Source of the DNA: Hormiphora californensis
Taxonomy: Eukaryota > Animalia > Ctenophora
Length of the DNA: 64,000 bases
Direction of reading: 5' to 3'
Assembly (NCBI GenBank): GCA_020137815.1
Contig: CM035357.1
Span: 6,820,001-6,884,000 of the forward strand
Shown here: positions 24,308-59,033 of the stretch, in pieces
Numbering within the stretch: position 1 is the stretch's first letter
How the letters are laid out: every line of letters starts with the position of its first letter
Notes under the pieces: generated by a model
Seen by the model: the letters and a program-made list of their open reading frames with translations, nothing else
What the model was told of the DNA's origin: nothing
Database searches by the model: none
Position numbers and translations under genes: made by a program

Positions 24308-25969
24308 GAAGAGAAATATTGTAGACTGTCAAGACTCCCTTGGTGAATGAAGATTGTGGGCGGCCGTGTATGAAACGTGAAATTATACATTTGTGAAAAT
24401 AGGGCGAATGAACTGTTGTAATATTCATTCATTTTCCCCAACCCAGAAATTATCTCTCTTTATCTCTCTTGCTTCCCTTGCTTTTTTCTCATTTTTCAAA
24501 TTTGTCATAATCTTAGAAGTCTTCCTAGTTTTCTCGTCCCCCACGCAACAGATGTTCCGCCCTGATAACGCTCTTTTTTAAATGCTCTGAATTTTCCATT
24601 CTCTCCTAACCAGTAAAAAGTGCTGATAAAATGTAGTGGATTAGTTGAAAGATAGAAAGGGGGAGGGCACTCTCTCCTTCCTTTCTACTCCCTAGCACAG
24701 AATGAGAAGCGGGATAACTGGTCGGGGAGACACTTTTCACTGCCACTTTTTGTTACGTTGCACGGGAAGGACCTCTACCCCCTTTATTGAAATTTGTTTA
24801 CATTTGAGAGAGTATCACACATTACATAGTGTGAGAGAAAAGTGTGTGTGTGTATCTCAACCCTACGGACAAGGACACCTACCCAACCTCCTGTAAAGCT
24901 GGCAACATCGATCTTCAAGCAACCATCGCATCAAAACAGATAAACTTGTCATATTGTTGTCAGTCTGCTGATTATCGTCATGTTTGTCTCTCGAAGTTTC
25001 GTCATGTATGCTGTCCGTCAGTTTGGTAGATACTTTTTGTATCATATTGCATTGTATTATTATTCACTAAGGGTTGTCCCCCAAGCAACCATCGCATCAT
25101 ATCAGTAATCTTGTCGTAGTTGTCACTTGTCAGTTTATTGTATCTTTAGTACTGTCTCTCTTGTTTTCTGTCTAGTTTTCTGTCCCTGTCTATCTCATGA
25201 CAGATCCTCTTTCTGTCTTGGTTATTATTTTACTAGTTTTACCTCGGTCTGTTCGTTTCGTACCCCTTCTCTAGAGCGGGTATTAAGGTTCCCCTTAGAA
25301 GGATTCCCTTTCTGTCGTTGTATGTCATAGTTCCTTATAGTTTTCATACGGGGCGTTTTGGGCTTTCTTACTATTTTAGGAGCAGGAGTGCTGTATTGGG
25401 TATTATATCGGGTTGACATTATCTTTATCATTTCACTATCATCTAACTCATCTACCAGGTTCTTAACATACAACTGTAATCAGTTATTTTATTGCTTTCT
25501 CTATTCCCCTTCATTTTTTAGCTATCTTTCTCTCATATTTTATGCACGGGGCTTACCATGGGGCTCACAAACACATGCTCTCTCCCCTCGCACCCCTTTT
25601 TTCGGGAAAATTTGGTCACCGGGTTGCACAATATCACAATCATCTTTCAGGGCACATATTCTCGTTCCCGCTAAGCGTTACCTTCTTCGCTCCTCTCGAC
25701 CTCTTCTTGTTCTTTGGCCTCATCTATACCTCTTCCTCCAGAGTCGGGCGGCCAGACCTGGACATTCCGGCAGCTTCCAGAGCTCAGGGGTATGCCCCTC
25801 CTCTTCCTGCAGCTCGTGGCAGTGAAAAGTGTTCCCAGGCTTGGTGTTGTTATGTCTTACCGCCCCTCCTGTTGTTGTTCTCCCTCCCCCTCTATCTCCC
25901 TCTCTCTATCTTTCTCGCGCTCTCCCTCTTTCTCTCTCGCGCTCTCCCTCCTTCTCTCTCCCTCCCTCT

Positions 25970-26049
<80 letters not shown>

Positions 26050-26456
26050 CATTATCCCATTCTTATTTTTTGGGTGGGTTCGGGGGAATTCTGAGTACCG
26101 AGTAATTGCAGGGTGACCCATAGGATGGGATGACCCGTACTGTGGGCCATCCATAAAATGTTATCATACCATGCAGTCAGCTCACAAGAACATACTTGCC
26201 GTTCAGCACGCACCTTCAATCACTACATCAGCTTGCTAACCAAGTCTTGCCTTCCTTGCGTAAAGAGTCGACCAATGATTCCCGTCTGGCCTCTTAGTTA
26301 GCGGGAAGGTTGGATGGAGGTTTCTTCTAGTGTTCTGCCTAATTAGGCTTCTCATAGTGTTTTGGGTGTTAGGTAGGGTGGGGATTGGTAGGGTTCTTCG
26401 GCTGGTTTGCTCCAGTATATTGCATTGGTCGGCTCTGTTAACCCTTCTTCATCTCC

Positions 26457-26629
<173 letters not shown>

Positions 26630-26745
26630 ATCTCTCTCTCTCTCTCTCACTTATCTTACCCCTGTGGCCATGTTACTCAGATTCACGAACATAACTTCAA
26701 ACACGACCAGCATACGGCGCTCACACCTTTACATTCATGAACTAT

Positions 26746-26916
26746 GGCGGGAGACACACTGGGGTTGAGCGTGCTCGTTCGGATCTCGGCCTCGCGGCGC
26801 ACACTGGGGTTCGGAGTTCGAAGTTTCGCGGAACCCTGTTTTTGGCTGGGGGATCGTTTGTGGGAGGCTGATTTGGGAGTTGAGCGCGCGCGACCAGCCT
26901 CAGTGTGTCTCCCCCC
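26746..26916. mobile_element. Small MITE, PIF/Harbinger-like
   Basis: Termini GGCGGGAGACACACTGGGG ... CCTCAGTGTGTCTCCCCCC; flanks TAT / TAA (imperfect 3-bp TSD). Confidence 0.5.
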
Positions 26917-28956
26917 TAAACGTAGCCTCACGAGCACTGACCTTGCCAGCTTCATCCCTGACCCTATTTTCAACTGTGCTGACCGAGCGCATTAAGGTTG
27001 TGCCGCCAAACGCTATGCCAAAAAGTTTGTTTGATTTCATACTGCAACTACCAGATGATCAGGTAGAGTACCAGTGATTGGGTGCCCGTACTTGCAGTAT
27101 ACCGGACCTTGACACCGGGGTCAAACAAATGGCCGTGAAGTTTAATATCTGTCAAACCATGGCACATACATGGCCAGAATACATGTGTGTACAGGGAGTG
27201 ACAAATGTTAATGCGGAGAAGACACGAAAAAAAAAAAAAAAAAAAAAACTGGTCGGGGCGAAGTTAATTCATCATTTGAAACCTGATCTGCATCCTGCGA
27301 TCTTTTTGAAATTACCAGCCTTCCTGCGAACGTCCCTTTGTGTGTCATTACTGGTATACATCAGTCTCTGATATCTTTTTACTCGTAGTTTTTTGTTCAT
27401 GCGAAATATTAGCATTTTGAGTTGCTTACAAGCTTTTGTCATTATGTCCAAATGATCATGCAATTTCCACCGTTTCGCGAAATGATGCTGGGATAATTCT
27501 CATAAGAGGTGTATATCTAAGTGGCGTAATTTAGAAGATTTGAGGTCTGTGGGTTTAGAGAGAGAGTTTTAAGGAGAAAGAAGTGTAGAGAGAGGAACTG
27601 AATCACAGTCTCAACGCACTCTCTTTACTCAGGGCGTCAGGTGTGTCATATGATCATAAAATATGGCCATGGTACCTACACCCGCCAAACTCAGGTTATC
27701 TCTTACCATCTAATGACCCTTACCTTTTATCCTAACTCGGCCTCTCTCTCAATTCGAGTATTTGTCTCTCTCCCTCCCCTCATCATATCTGTCTCTCTCC
27801 CTCATCATCTCTGCAACAATCTTGCCATCTGTGCTCCTCTCTAGGAAACTCTATACGCGAAGGTTTGTCACTGCATCAGTCACACTATGTGGCACACTGT
27901 GTGTAGAGACTCTATGCTAGCGGGTTCGATAGTGTGAGAGAGGGAAAGAGGGAGATAGAGGAGACAGAGGTAGAGAGACATAATGATGAGTATAGAATAA
28001 TGTTGCAAGCATATTACTCCGGTGGCCCCAATATATGATCGCTTCTGCTCGATATAGTCTGCTGCAGTAGGCTGGAGTAGGCCAACTTTGTACACGACCC
28101 AGGGATTTTGATTATTGGCCTGACATAGAAAGAAATATCCAGAAGACAGATAGTTCCCGCCCCCCCCCCTTTTTGCTATTTGTATCTCCTGTCTAACTTG
28201 CCCTCGTTTGTCTCAATCCATGGAGGGTCTTCAAGCTCTAATTACTCTCGATATATGCCCGGACTTCCCAGAATCTAAATGCTGAATTAAACATAGTACA
28301 CGAATTTTATTTACTTTGAGATTGAGAGTTTAATAGAGCTATCCGGATATGCATCATTCAGTCTATCACTTCTTTGAGTAGATCTCTCACACTGAGTCGC
28401 ACGATAGAAACACACATATCAGGGGGCCCTTGTTGTGCGAGAGTCAGACTGTGTTATTGTACAGCTCTTCTATCTACGAAAAAGCTTAAAGTTTCACTGC
28501 CTATGTTTGTGTTTTCCTGCTTAGTTTGGGGCTAAGATTTCAAGAACTAGCAATATTTCAAGTGTAGAACTAGCAATATACTTCCTTCGTATCCAATACA
28601 CATATCTCTCACTGTCATGATATTCCGTTATTATGTGAACTGATAACAACAGTCTCCCTCCTATCCCTCCTCTCCCTATCTCTAACATTCCCTCTTCTCT
28701 TCCTACTATCTTCATGTCTATGCTTTTTGTCTAGTGCTCAGTTCCCCATGTTCATTTTAGTTGAAAGTCTTTGTACGCCCTAATATGCCCAATCCCGCCC
28801 AAGTAACTTTAGAACCATCCAGAATTATCGTTTTGCTCCAGTTTTAGTTGATATTTCTTTCCTAAAAACGATCTAATGCTAATGTCCATGCTTGACCTCT
28901 CCCTAGGTTCTCTCTCATGTCCCCTTGCTAGAGAGGGTGGTGGCAGTGTAATTAGG

Positions 28957-29106
28957 ATGCCTGAGAACCCTCTATCTCCGGGAGGAACGGGACCCGCTAA
29001 GAAGCATGGTCTCTCTCGATCTGATACCGGAGTCCCAACTCCATCTAAACGGGGTAACGACAGCTGGCAACAACGGTCAACTCTAGGAAGAGGAGGGTCG
29101 TCAAAG
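28957..29106 (+). CDS. Candidate alternative N-terminal exon B of filamin
   Basis: Acceptor at 28906, ATG at 28957, 50 codons (MPENPLSPGGTGPAKKHGLSRSDTG...RGGSSK), strong phase-0 donor AAG|GTATGT. Confidence 0.5.
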
Positions 29107-30681
29107 GTATGTTTGATCTTTGTGCTGCTAAAATCTTGATGTTGCATGTGTGTATTGGATGAGGTGACATTGACACCTAGTGAGCGTTATAGTACCAAGT
29201 ATTGGGTGAGGTTGTTGAGTAAGGGGTGAGACTCAACAAGGGTGAGGTGCTGTCTGCATGTACCTAGATCCCCTGTCAGCACGACCATTATCATCGCTCC
29301 GTGAAGCGTGCGGGAAAGGGTTGTATGCATGACAGCCCTACCAGTGTAAAATGTATGCATGACCTGTGTATTTGGTTGTAGTGCTGCAGCCATCTAAAGT
29401 CCCTAACTAAATAATGGACCACACTTCAGCTTAACCTTGAGATACTCCCTACTTTTTAATGTCTTGATCCTTTTCATTATCTGTAACCCCCACCCCAATA
29501 TAATCCCTACTTTCTTCCCATGATTTCATTCATTATGTGGAACCTATATCATGACGAAATATTCCGTCATTGTCTATATTATTGTGAGGGGGGGGATATT
29601 ATTAACCATGATGTTAGGTCTTATGTTTCACTGATAACCTAATTTCATTGTGTCCGGTATATATGTGTCATGGGTCATGACATTGACGCTCCTGAACTGC
29701 TACAACAAGTTCCTTTATTTTGAAATTAAACTTATACGTTCATCGTCTGCTCACTATAATAGGACTCTAAAAATACCCTTCACACGATTCATACTATGGA
29801 AGCTTCCCTAGTATAAATCGTGGTCTCTGCATATATTCTTAGATTCCTAGAATAACTCTGGTACTCAGGCACCAATACCTGAATTTATCCCTCAATTCTT
29901 CCTAGCATTTCAGTTTCACTGTTTAGTTATGATTTATACTATGATTTATACTACTACTTTATGCTATGGAGTTTGAAATACACGCCAGGTGAAGCCTCCC
30001 TCACTTAAATTTAAAACTATAGATACTCAAATGTCTACAAAATTACTTTTGAGGCCACCTAACGTGTTGTTTAGTTCAGTTTTAACGTCTACACCATTCA
30101 CTATTATCACCTCCTAAACCACATAGAACGAGCTTGTTTATGGTAGACTAAACTTCATACTTTCTATCAGGTTGTGTATCTACATACCATCCGCTTAGTA
30201 GTTCTCTAACCCTTCTCTCTCTCTCACTCTCAATCACTCTCTCTCTCACTCTCCCTCCCTCAATCGCCCTCTCACTCTCTCTCACTCTCTCTCTTACTAT
30301 CCTTCTATCTCACCCTCTCACTCTCTCACCCTCTCACTCTCTCTCTCTCCCTCTCTCCCTCTCTCTCTCCCTCACTCCCTCACTCATGTTGACAGCTCCA
30401 ATTCTGGAATCTCGATGGGCTATCTGATTGGTCCACCTCATCTCCCTTCTGTCCTGTGATTGGTCGAAAGCATGCTATCACGTGACAACATCTTCGAGTC
30501 TCCGAAAGTTTTCCAGGACCTGTTAGCACTCCTGCAGCAGCCCAGTGTGTGCACCTATCTCTCTATAGTGTTGTGTGCGCAGTATAATATAGTTGTGGAA
30601 ATCTCTCAATTTGGGATCATATCAACTGTTATAGAGCTGTATTAATAAAACTACAAGGACAAGGACCCCCCTGCTGGTCTT

Positions 30682-30756
30682 ATGGCGAACCGGTGGAATC
30701 GGAAACCCAAGCCTCGGCCGGAGGAGGAGTTTCGACCTCGACCAGCTGCCCAAGCC
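30682..30756 (+). CDS. Candidate alternative first coding exon C of filamin
   Basis: ATG, 25 codons (MANRWNRKPKPRPEEEFRPRPAAQA), consensus phase-0 donor GCC|GTAAGT. Confidence 0.5.
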
Positions 30757-31465
30757 GTAAGTGATGATCTTGTGTTTTCGGTGGACAGTTTTAGGGCTTC
30801 CTACACATTCCAATTCACATATGCACGCATATTTTTAAGACATGGCTTACGCCTTAGACTGTCTCATTTTTTCTTAGGTCTTTTTATTTCTGAAGTTGAC
30901 TTTCAAGTTTGGTGTTTGCATTATTATTTTTTCCTTTTTTTCAATCTTGTGCTGGCTAGACCTGTAGTCTCAGATACGGTCATTGACTCCCCAAAACCAG
31001 ACTCCAGTTGCTCCTTTATAAAGTGTGCCTTGCTCCTTCATAAACACATTTGTACCGGTAGTGAAAGGACAGAAAGCTGCTACTGTTCCCGATTCAGATA
31101 TTGCACAACATTTCAAACATGAAGGATGAACCGGAGAACATTTAGAGGCTATGTCAATCGGGTGACCTAAGCGTCTTCTAAAATGGTCTACCTGACCATG
31201 CCTAAACCAATTAACTTTCACAAGATTTCGATTTAACCTTATTGCTTAGCACTAGCAGAGAAGTTTAGTTCCTGTATATATAGTTTAGTCAATTACGTAA
31301 TACCATTACAACAGTTCTAGAATACGTGAATACTGCTTTACTCAGAGTCCCAATTGCAATTCAGATTTCCACTTTCATGAATCAATTACATCTAGCCATG
31401 GTCATTATATCTTCAGTCATATCCATAGTTCTATTCATTGCCTTTATTTCTTTCCTCCACCACTC

Positions 31466-31555
<90 letters not shown>

Positions 31556-31559
31556 CTCT

Positions 31560-31598
<39 letters not shown>

Positions 31599-32753
31599 AT
31601 CCCTTTCCATTTCTTGACCAAACATTTCTCAGCGGATAGGTGCCACATCCGGCCCAAATTAGGGGAATATTATGTACTCATGAACACTAGCATATGCAAA
31701 TCGCACCACCTTACAAGCGTTAGAAATAGGGAGGCAGAATTATAGAAAGAGAGAAAATCTCACGGCTAGAGGAGGAGAATTACTTCGAAAAGGGAAATAA
31801 AGCTTGTAACTTATTGCTAGCCCAATCCACTGCCATTCTCTAACTTTAAACGCGTTGCCCTGTCCTTCAGTGACGTCGAATTGACGTCAAACGTCTTTGC
31901 AGAATGCTGCTCCAATTAGTGGGGCCGTTATAATTTACCAGAGAGGGAACACTTTTGAGTATTCGCTCTGCAAGTGCATGGCCTATGCCCCCAATTTAAA
32001 TTTTTCTTTTCAATTTTACTCACTACTTCAGCGTGTTGTCTTTCTTTTGTTGAAGCTGTATACTAATTAGATGTCGCCTACTCAATCCCGCCTGTTACAT
32101 CCTGCTTCCTACCCGTTACCCGAAACTACGATTCTCTCTCTCTTCTTCCCCCCCACACACACACACACTCTTTTCACTCTCTCCCCAAAGTAACAGTGAA
32201 ATTCTCTTGTGGTGCGTGTCGCTAGGAGCTCTACTAGAAACCCCTCTCATTAGAGGCTTTTCCCTGTACTGTCAATGCAACCCAGCCAATAGGATACCAG
32301 AACGGATGTCACGTGATTTTGGGGAGCCAATGAGAAGTCTCCTTTACCATGTGGTGCAATAAAATAAACCCATCCGGATAATAAAAACAGCAAGCTGAAT
32401 AAAGCTAGTACATTTAAATTCATTATCTTCTGCACTCTCTTCTTCCTTGGTGTGTTTAGATTTTAGGTAACCAGCTACCCCAATCCTGTTTTGTTCTCTT
32501 TTAACAGGGTCGAGCAAGGCAAATCCTGTTCAGTACTTTACTAGCAATGATGCAGCATCAGTATAGTTTTGTACTTTAAATCCACCACTACTTTAGTAGT
32601 ATTTTATTTGAAGTAGTAGTAGTACAGCTAGCAAGGGATGATATTATGTTTGTGTGTACGAGAAGCATTCCACCTCCTTCCCTCGCCTTGACAATCCTTT
32701 CATCACCCCCGTCTTATCCTCCCTCTTCTCCGTTCCTCCCTCTCATTTCTCTC

Positions 32754-32797
<44 letters not shown>

Positions 32798-33198
32798 TAT
32801 CACGTGATTTCCATACGTCATCTCCTTCACACACACCCTCTAGCCTCAGAAATATTAAACTTTCAGAAATGACAACATTAAATCACAGGTCAGAGTCATT
32901 TTGGGTTGGGAAACCTGATCCTAAAACTTCATTCACATTGTGTGTGTAACAGAGATTAGTGACTTTGATAGGTTTCTTGTTCTATGTTTTTCCTGGTGAA
33001 GAGTTTAAATCATCGCCAACACCCAACACAGAGCAAAATATCATGATATCTATCTAAGAAATGATCTGTATTCTGTAATTAAATATTCATGACGTCTAAT
33101 TACATTCCTAAAGGCAATGACAGGTGCCTAAATATTAGCATAACAATGACCTGCATTATAAATAACCCTAGTATCCTACTAGTCGGACTTCTTCCATA

Positions 33199-33580
33199 AG
33201 GAACCATAATAAAGTTCAAGAGCGCACCCCATCCAAGAGCGCACCACCTCCAAAAGACACCACTCCAAGAGCGCACCACATCAAAGAGAGCTCCCCATCC
33301 AGAAGATACCGCGCGCAGGGGACACCACGCGCAGAAGAGACCGCACGCGCAAATACAACGCCGCGCTGGTCTCTTCTGCGCGTGGTGTCCCCTGCGCGTG
33401 GTATCTTCTGGATGGGGAGCTCTCTTTGATGTGGTGCGCTCTTGAAGTGGTGTCTTCTGGAGGTGGTGCGCTCTTGGATGTGGTCTCTTTTGGGTGTGGT
33501 GCGCTCTCAGGTGTGGTCTCTCTTCGATCGGGTACGCTCTTGGGTGCTCTTGGAGGCTCTTGAACTTTATTATGGTTCCT
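33199..33580. mobile_element. TA-flanked palindromic MITE with internal ~20-bp subrepeats
   Basis: TA|AGGAACCATAATAAAGTTCAAGAGC ... GCTCTTGAACTTTATTATGGTTCCT|TA. Arms are built of AAGAGCGCACCAC-like units; short loop near 33343-33367. Confidence 0.75.
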
Positions 33581-35534
33581 TATTCCTTCTATCTTTCTAT
33601 CCCTCTATCTATCCTATCCCTCTATCTATCCTATCCTTTTCCTTTTCTCTCTCCATCCCCTATCTCTCTGATGCTTGTGCAAGTTTTAAGGCTTCTCTCA
33701 GACTCCAGCTTATATAATACCCGAACTCAGCAGCATTCTTTTCATCACATTTCCAAAGGTGTGAGTGTGTGAGCTAAAGATGTGCGTTACTAGAAATTTC
33801 AAGTAACATAAATCTAGAATTTTATCCGGAGGAACTTGCTGGGTAATAATCATGATGGATCACGAATCAAATCGATCTCCTAAGTGTTAGATTCTGAGAA
33901 TTCCTAGACAGACCTGATAGAGAGGAACGAATGGCAGACCTATAGAATCGAAAATCCCATTAAATGCGTATATCTAGACTCGTGACCTATAGAATCGAAA
34001 ACCCCATATATGATCATATTATCTAGACTTGTGATCTGACAAAGTTTGTCATCTTCACATGTCTATTTGTCTCAAACAGGAGGGGTAATATGCAGAGAGG
34101 GGCCGACAGTAATCGTGCTTACCGATACCCATAATATATGTGGCTTAGCCTAGGATATGTGGCTGAGCCTAGGATCTCTCTCCATCTGTCTCTCTGTTTC
34201 TATGTGTATGTCTCTCTCCCTCTCTCTCACTCACTCTTTCACTCTCCCTCTCCCTCTCTTACTATCCGACTCCCTTCCTACACAAACGTCAAAATAATAC
34301 CCTTTCTTCTCTACTGGAGTGACCTGCTACACACTGGCCGTGTCTAAAATCAAGTTAGCCTTAGCTCGTATAAGTTGGCCGTGTATAATTCCGTGTCTTG
34401 TCTCTTACTCGCACACACAAACTTAGCAGGGTCTTAGGATGTCTCCCGCGGTAGCTTAAGCAGTTCAGTAGTTGTTTCATTTTAGTAGTACTGAGTACTA
34501 CTACCAGTAGCTTCATTGTCGATAACGGCTCTACAGCTGGTTGAATGATATTGAAACATCCAACCGCTTCTGTGATACCATACCAATGCAATGAACTTTT
34601 GTGGAAAACTACTTTCAAGAGAGGCCATATAATATGAGAGTGGAATATCCCCCCACAACGAATACTGTTCTTACTTCCTGTCGACGATCCCCACCTCCAC
34701 CACTCCATTTCACTCACATTTCACAAACACTGTCGACTCTCTCCACACCAAAAACACTGATGATATTGCTCCTTCACTAGTATAGATATTACCGCATCCT
34801 AGTTCCTGTCGACTTTCAGCACCACTATCCCCACCACCTTTCTCTGCAGCGGCGGTAGTTAAGGACTAATGCGATTTAGAGCAAAGGAAGCGCTGTAAAC
34901 AGATAGACTGATAGAATGATAGAGAAACTAGCTAAACTTATTATTTTGCATCTTCCGTTTAGAGGGAAGAAGGAGGAGAGAAGGAGGGAAGAAGGAGGAA
35001 GCTTTTCCACCACCGGCTAGCACCGCATTCCTAACCTAATTCTTCAACCGCTGATGCGCTGCATGGAAAAAGCAACTATTTGTTTGCATACCATATGGTT
35101 TCTTTCTCTCTCTCTTCCTCTCTCTCTATCCCCTCTCTCTATCCCTCTCTCTATCCCCTCTCTCTCTATCCCTCTCGTCCAAGTTATGATTTCTTCACTA
35201 ACTCTAGTTGTATATGCTTCGAAGTTTTTTCTCTCCTCCAGCCAGCAATATCACACAACACTTCACACCTCAGAGAATTTTTACCAATTTGTGTCTTTAT
35301 TTTATTTTAGCTTGCTCAATTTTGCGAATTATCTCTCTTTTTGAAAAAAAAACATCGTACCTTATTTCGAGGTCGCTGCAAGTGCAAATGCTTTAGCAAG
35401 TTTCCACTTTCCATCTTTGGTCTCGTTCAAACCTGCGGAAGTGACGTCACATGAATATTATTACGTCATCTTTTTGGAATGTAAACATAATTGTTCTCGA
35501 ACCGTCTCTCTTTCTCTCTCTCTGTTTCTCTCTC

Positions 35535-35591
<57 letters not shown>

Positions 35592-35799
35592 AAATCTCTC
35601 TTTATCTCTCTTTATCCAGCTTCCTGATTTTCAACTGTTATACTCATTCAATTAGCTTGTCTAGTTTAGTGTGTTTAAACATTTACTTGGCCACTAAACA
35701 TTATTTAGCTAAAACTAATTGTAGAAACGTTTGCTGTTTGTGTCCACATGACATTTCAATTTATTTCTAACCTAAGCACCTCCTTGGATGATTCAGCCG

Positions 35800-36058
35800 A
35801 CCTCTAATAAGTCCACCCCCCCCCTAACAAGTTCACTCTATTTGTTCCCCTCTAGATGGGTCACTAATAAGTCCACCCCTCCCTCCCCCCGTGTTCCTCT
35901 AGACCACTAACAAGTCCACCCCTTCCTAACAAGTCCACCCCTTCCTAACAGGTCCACCCCTCCTCTAGATGGGTCACTAACAAGTCCACCCCTTCCTAAC
36001 AAGTCCACCACTCGTATAGATGGGTCACTAACAACTCCACCATTCCATCACTTTCTAG
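35800..36058. repeat. Intronic minisatellite containing copies of the filamin acceptor/ATG junction
   Basis: CTAACAAGTCCACCCC units. TAG|ATGGGTCA recurs with AG ending at 35855, 35968 and 36019 before the true site at 36058. Confidence 0.8.
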
Positions 36059-56333
<20,275 letters not shown>

Positions 56334-57487
56334 TTATCCCATCTCCGCTGCGTAGTACGCTGTGTTGTATAAGTTATTTTTTGGAAGAGACAAAAATACT
56401 GTGGGATAATTTTAATATGTGATGGAGCACGCGATATACACCCGACCCAAGCTTTATAAGAATATTATCTGATGAAATCATTTTAGATTTCCAGCGGTGG
56501 AATTTGTTATATAATATGAGTATGACGCTGCATTTGACCCTTAATATAATTTGCATAGGAGAATGGAAAAAATCGGTTTTTCATCTCTGAAGATTATGTA
56601 TTAATAATTTTGTACTGTATTTGGATTTGTATAACTATGCGATTAATATATAATGTAAGCTTTTTTACAAAAATATTCAACTTTTGACGCTCCGCACTGG
56701 TGTATGGATGACGCGTTTACTCCAACACCCTAGCTGACGCAACATGTTTTTAGATACCATCTCTAATGAGAATGTAAGATATATGGTAGGGGTGTGTGGT
56801 TGTATGTGTGTGAGTGTTTGTTGGCCGCTAGTTCCACCACCGAACCCCATGGTGTTGTTACCCGCCATGGAAACCATTGTTACTAATTCGGTTGTCGTGG
56901 TTACCAACACACACACACACATCCCCATAATTCTACCATGATCTTATATCTCTTGATGTTGTTGTTGACTGAGCACGGTGTGGAAAGTGTTAATTAATAT
57001 ACTTAGGTAAGAATGGAATTTAGCTTAAATAAGAAGAATGAGTTGACAGGAAAGTGATATCCGGATTTGTGTTGAGAAAGATATTATCGTGACATCTGTT
57101 CTTTTTCTCGCACTATTTCGTGATATGTGTTTCTTGTGTGACATCTTCTTTTGCACTCTTATAATACATCATGATGAATATTTTATTACAAATCAAAAAG
57201 ATGCTTTGTTTGACTTGTTTATTCGCTGGAATTGGACCAAGTCTTTGACGGTGTTCCTCACACGGGGCCAAACCCTATCTAACATCTTTAAAGGGTCTTG
57301 TTTAGGTGAACTGGGTAAACACTGTTCATGGTGATCAAGAAAGTGAACTGCCAAAATCGAAAAGCTTTGTTGCTAGCTAACAAATGTAAAAAAGTAACAT
57401 AACTTACATAAAACGAATAAATATTCAAATATCACCATAGTTTATTTTTCACATATTTCCAGTTCGATCTGATTTCTCCTCACATGT

Positions 57488-58019
57488 TCACATGACACCA
57501 TTCTGTGCAAAGAACGTGTCCCTAATGATCCTACTTTTCCCATAATGAGCAGCCCGGGTCTCACACGTCTTCGCTACCTCCTTGATATCCCAGCCCACCT
57601 CCTGTGAACTTGTCAGGGGGTACTCAAACTTCTCCTCGGGCCCCACAGTCTTCCTCTTCAGCAGGTATGACTTCCTGCCATCCCCCTCGGAGCTAAGGCC
57701 ATTGTAAACCATGGCCTGGGTGCCTGGGCTGGCTGCTCGCATCTCCGAGAACTTCCCTCTCACCGTCTCAGCAGTGAGGACTGGTTTGATCTTCTTGGGT
57801 GTGGGTGTGGCCGGCGCAGGTCTAACCTTAATGAATGTGGGTTTGGCAACTTTAGTGGTGGGTTCTGGACTGCTACTGGGAGGCTCCACCCATACCATCT
57901 GGGAGGGCGTTAGCACCAAAGTATCCTTGGAACCATTTGTTTCTGAGGAGGCCCTCCTTCCGGTAGGACTCCTTCAGGAACTCCTGACGTTCCGTGTCTA
58001 TGTTGAGGTTCCGGGCCAT
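57488..58019 (-). CDS. SPMIP1: Sperm/ciliary microtubule inner protein SPMIP1 (ATP6V1FNB)-like; intronless, one frameshift near 57880-57920
   Basis: N-terminus MARNLNIDTERQEFLKESYRKEGLLRNKWF. C-terminal motif string EMRAASPGTQAMVYNGLSSEGDGRKSYLLKR..PEEKFEYPLTSSQEVGW..YGKSRIIRDTFFAQNGV matches my recollection of the family. Confidence 0.7.
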
Positions 58020-58139
58020 GACAACGAGAGAGAGCTGAGACAAACTTGAAGATGGAGGAATTGAGAATAGAATTGTTAAAAATCCGGTGGATTACTTTGC
58101 TTGTGATAAGAGCTTGTCTTTCTCTTGGATAACGCGAGA

Positions 58140-58209
58140 GTTGGAGAAAAGAGGGAGGGAGAGAAGGAGAGAGAGAAGGAGAGAGAGGAGGAGAGAGAGA
58201 GAGGAGGAG

Positions 58210-58261
<52 letters not shown>

Positions 58262-58356
58262 AGAGAGGAGAGAGGAGGAGAGATAGCAGATATCTCTCTT
58301 CTCTCTCCTCTCTCTCTCTCTCTCCTCTAGCTCTCTCTTCTCTCTCCCTCTCTCTT

Positions 58357-58392
<36 letters not shown>

Positions 58393-58410
58393 CTCTCTCG
58401 TCTCTCCTTA
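58140..58410. repeat. Degenerate (GA)n tract followed by a (CT)n tract (inverted arrangement)
   Basis: Purine tract 58140-58290 switches at GATATC to pyrimidine tract 58292-58407. Confidence 0.8.
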
Positions 58411-59033
58411 AAGAAAGAGATCTATAACTGGTAGATTGCCTACATGCTTAGTTACATGCATAGAACTGTTTGAAACTCTGGGGCGGCAGGAGTGATATAA
58501 TGAATTGTATAATTCTCCTGTATACAAAATTGAGCAAACTTGCTCAGTACAACATTGTTCATGCATCACTGCAGAGCTATAATAAATGTGGTCTAAGTTT
58601 TCCAGTGTCAAGTGCTCGCTTGATCTGTTGAATGTGGTGTAAAACGTGAAATTTTCGGCTTTTTCGCTACATATTGTGTCAAATTTCAAAACGGCGGATC
58701 TAAATTTTCGGTAACAAATTAAATATATCAAGTACAAAAAATAGAGACACCGCAACAGCGTCACACCATTATCACTCTCACGCTACATATTCAGCTCACT
58801 CTCACACACAAAATCACACTTCACGACAAGGTGGAGTTATTACAATTTAACCCCTTATACGAACATAAATAACCCCCTTTATCAAACATTTTAAATGCAA
58901 CATTCGGGACACTCAAACTCAGGAGAGAGTCACCCTGTTATAGTATCTAGCAAGGAATGAATCTGTATACCTTGTTGTGTCCCCTAACAAGTGTTTCTCT
59001 CAACAACACCCCAGTATTGTATATCTCGAGCGG

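Noticed and set aside
58140-58410. Regulatory hairpin/H-DNA upstream of SPMIP1
   Set aside because: The tract is noisy and may be a poorly resolved microsatellite junction; no evidence of function.
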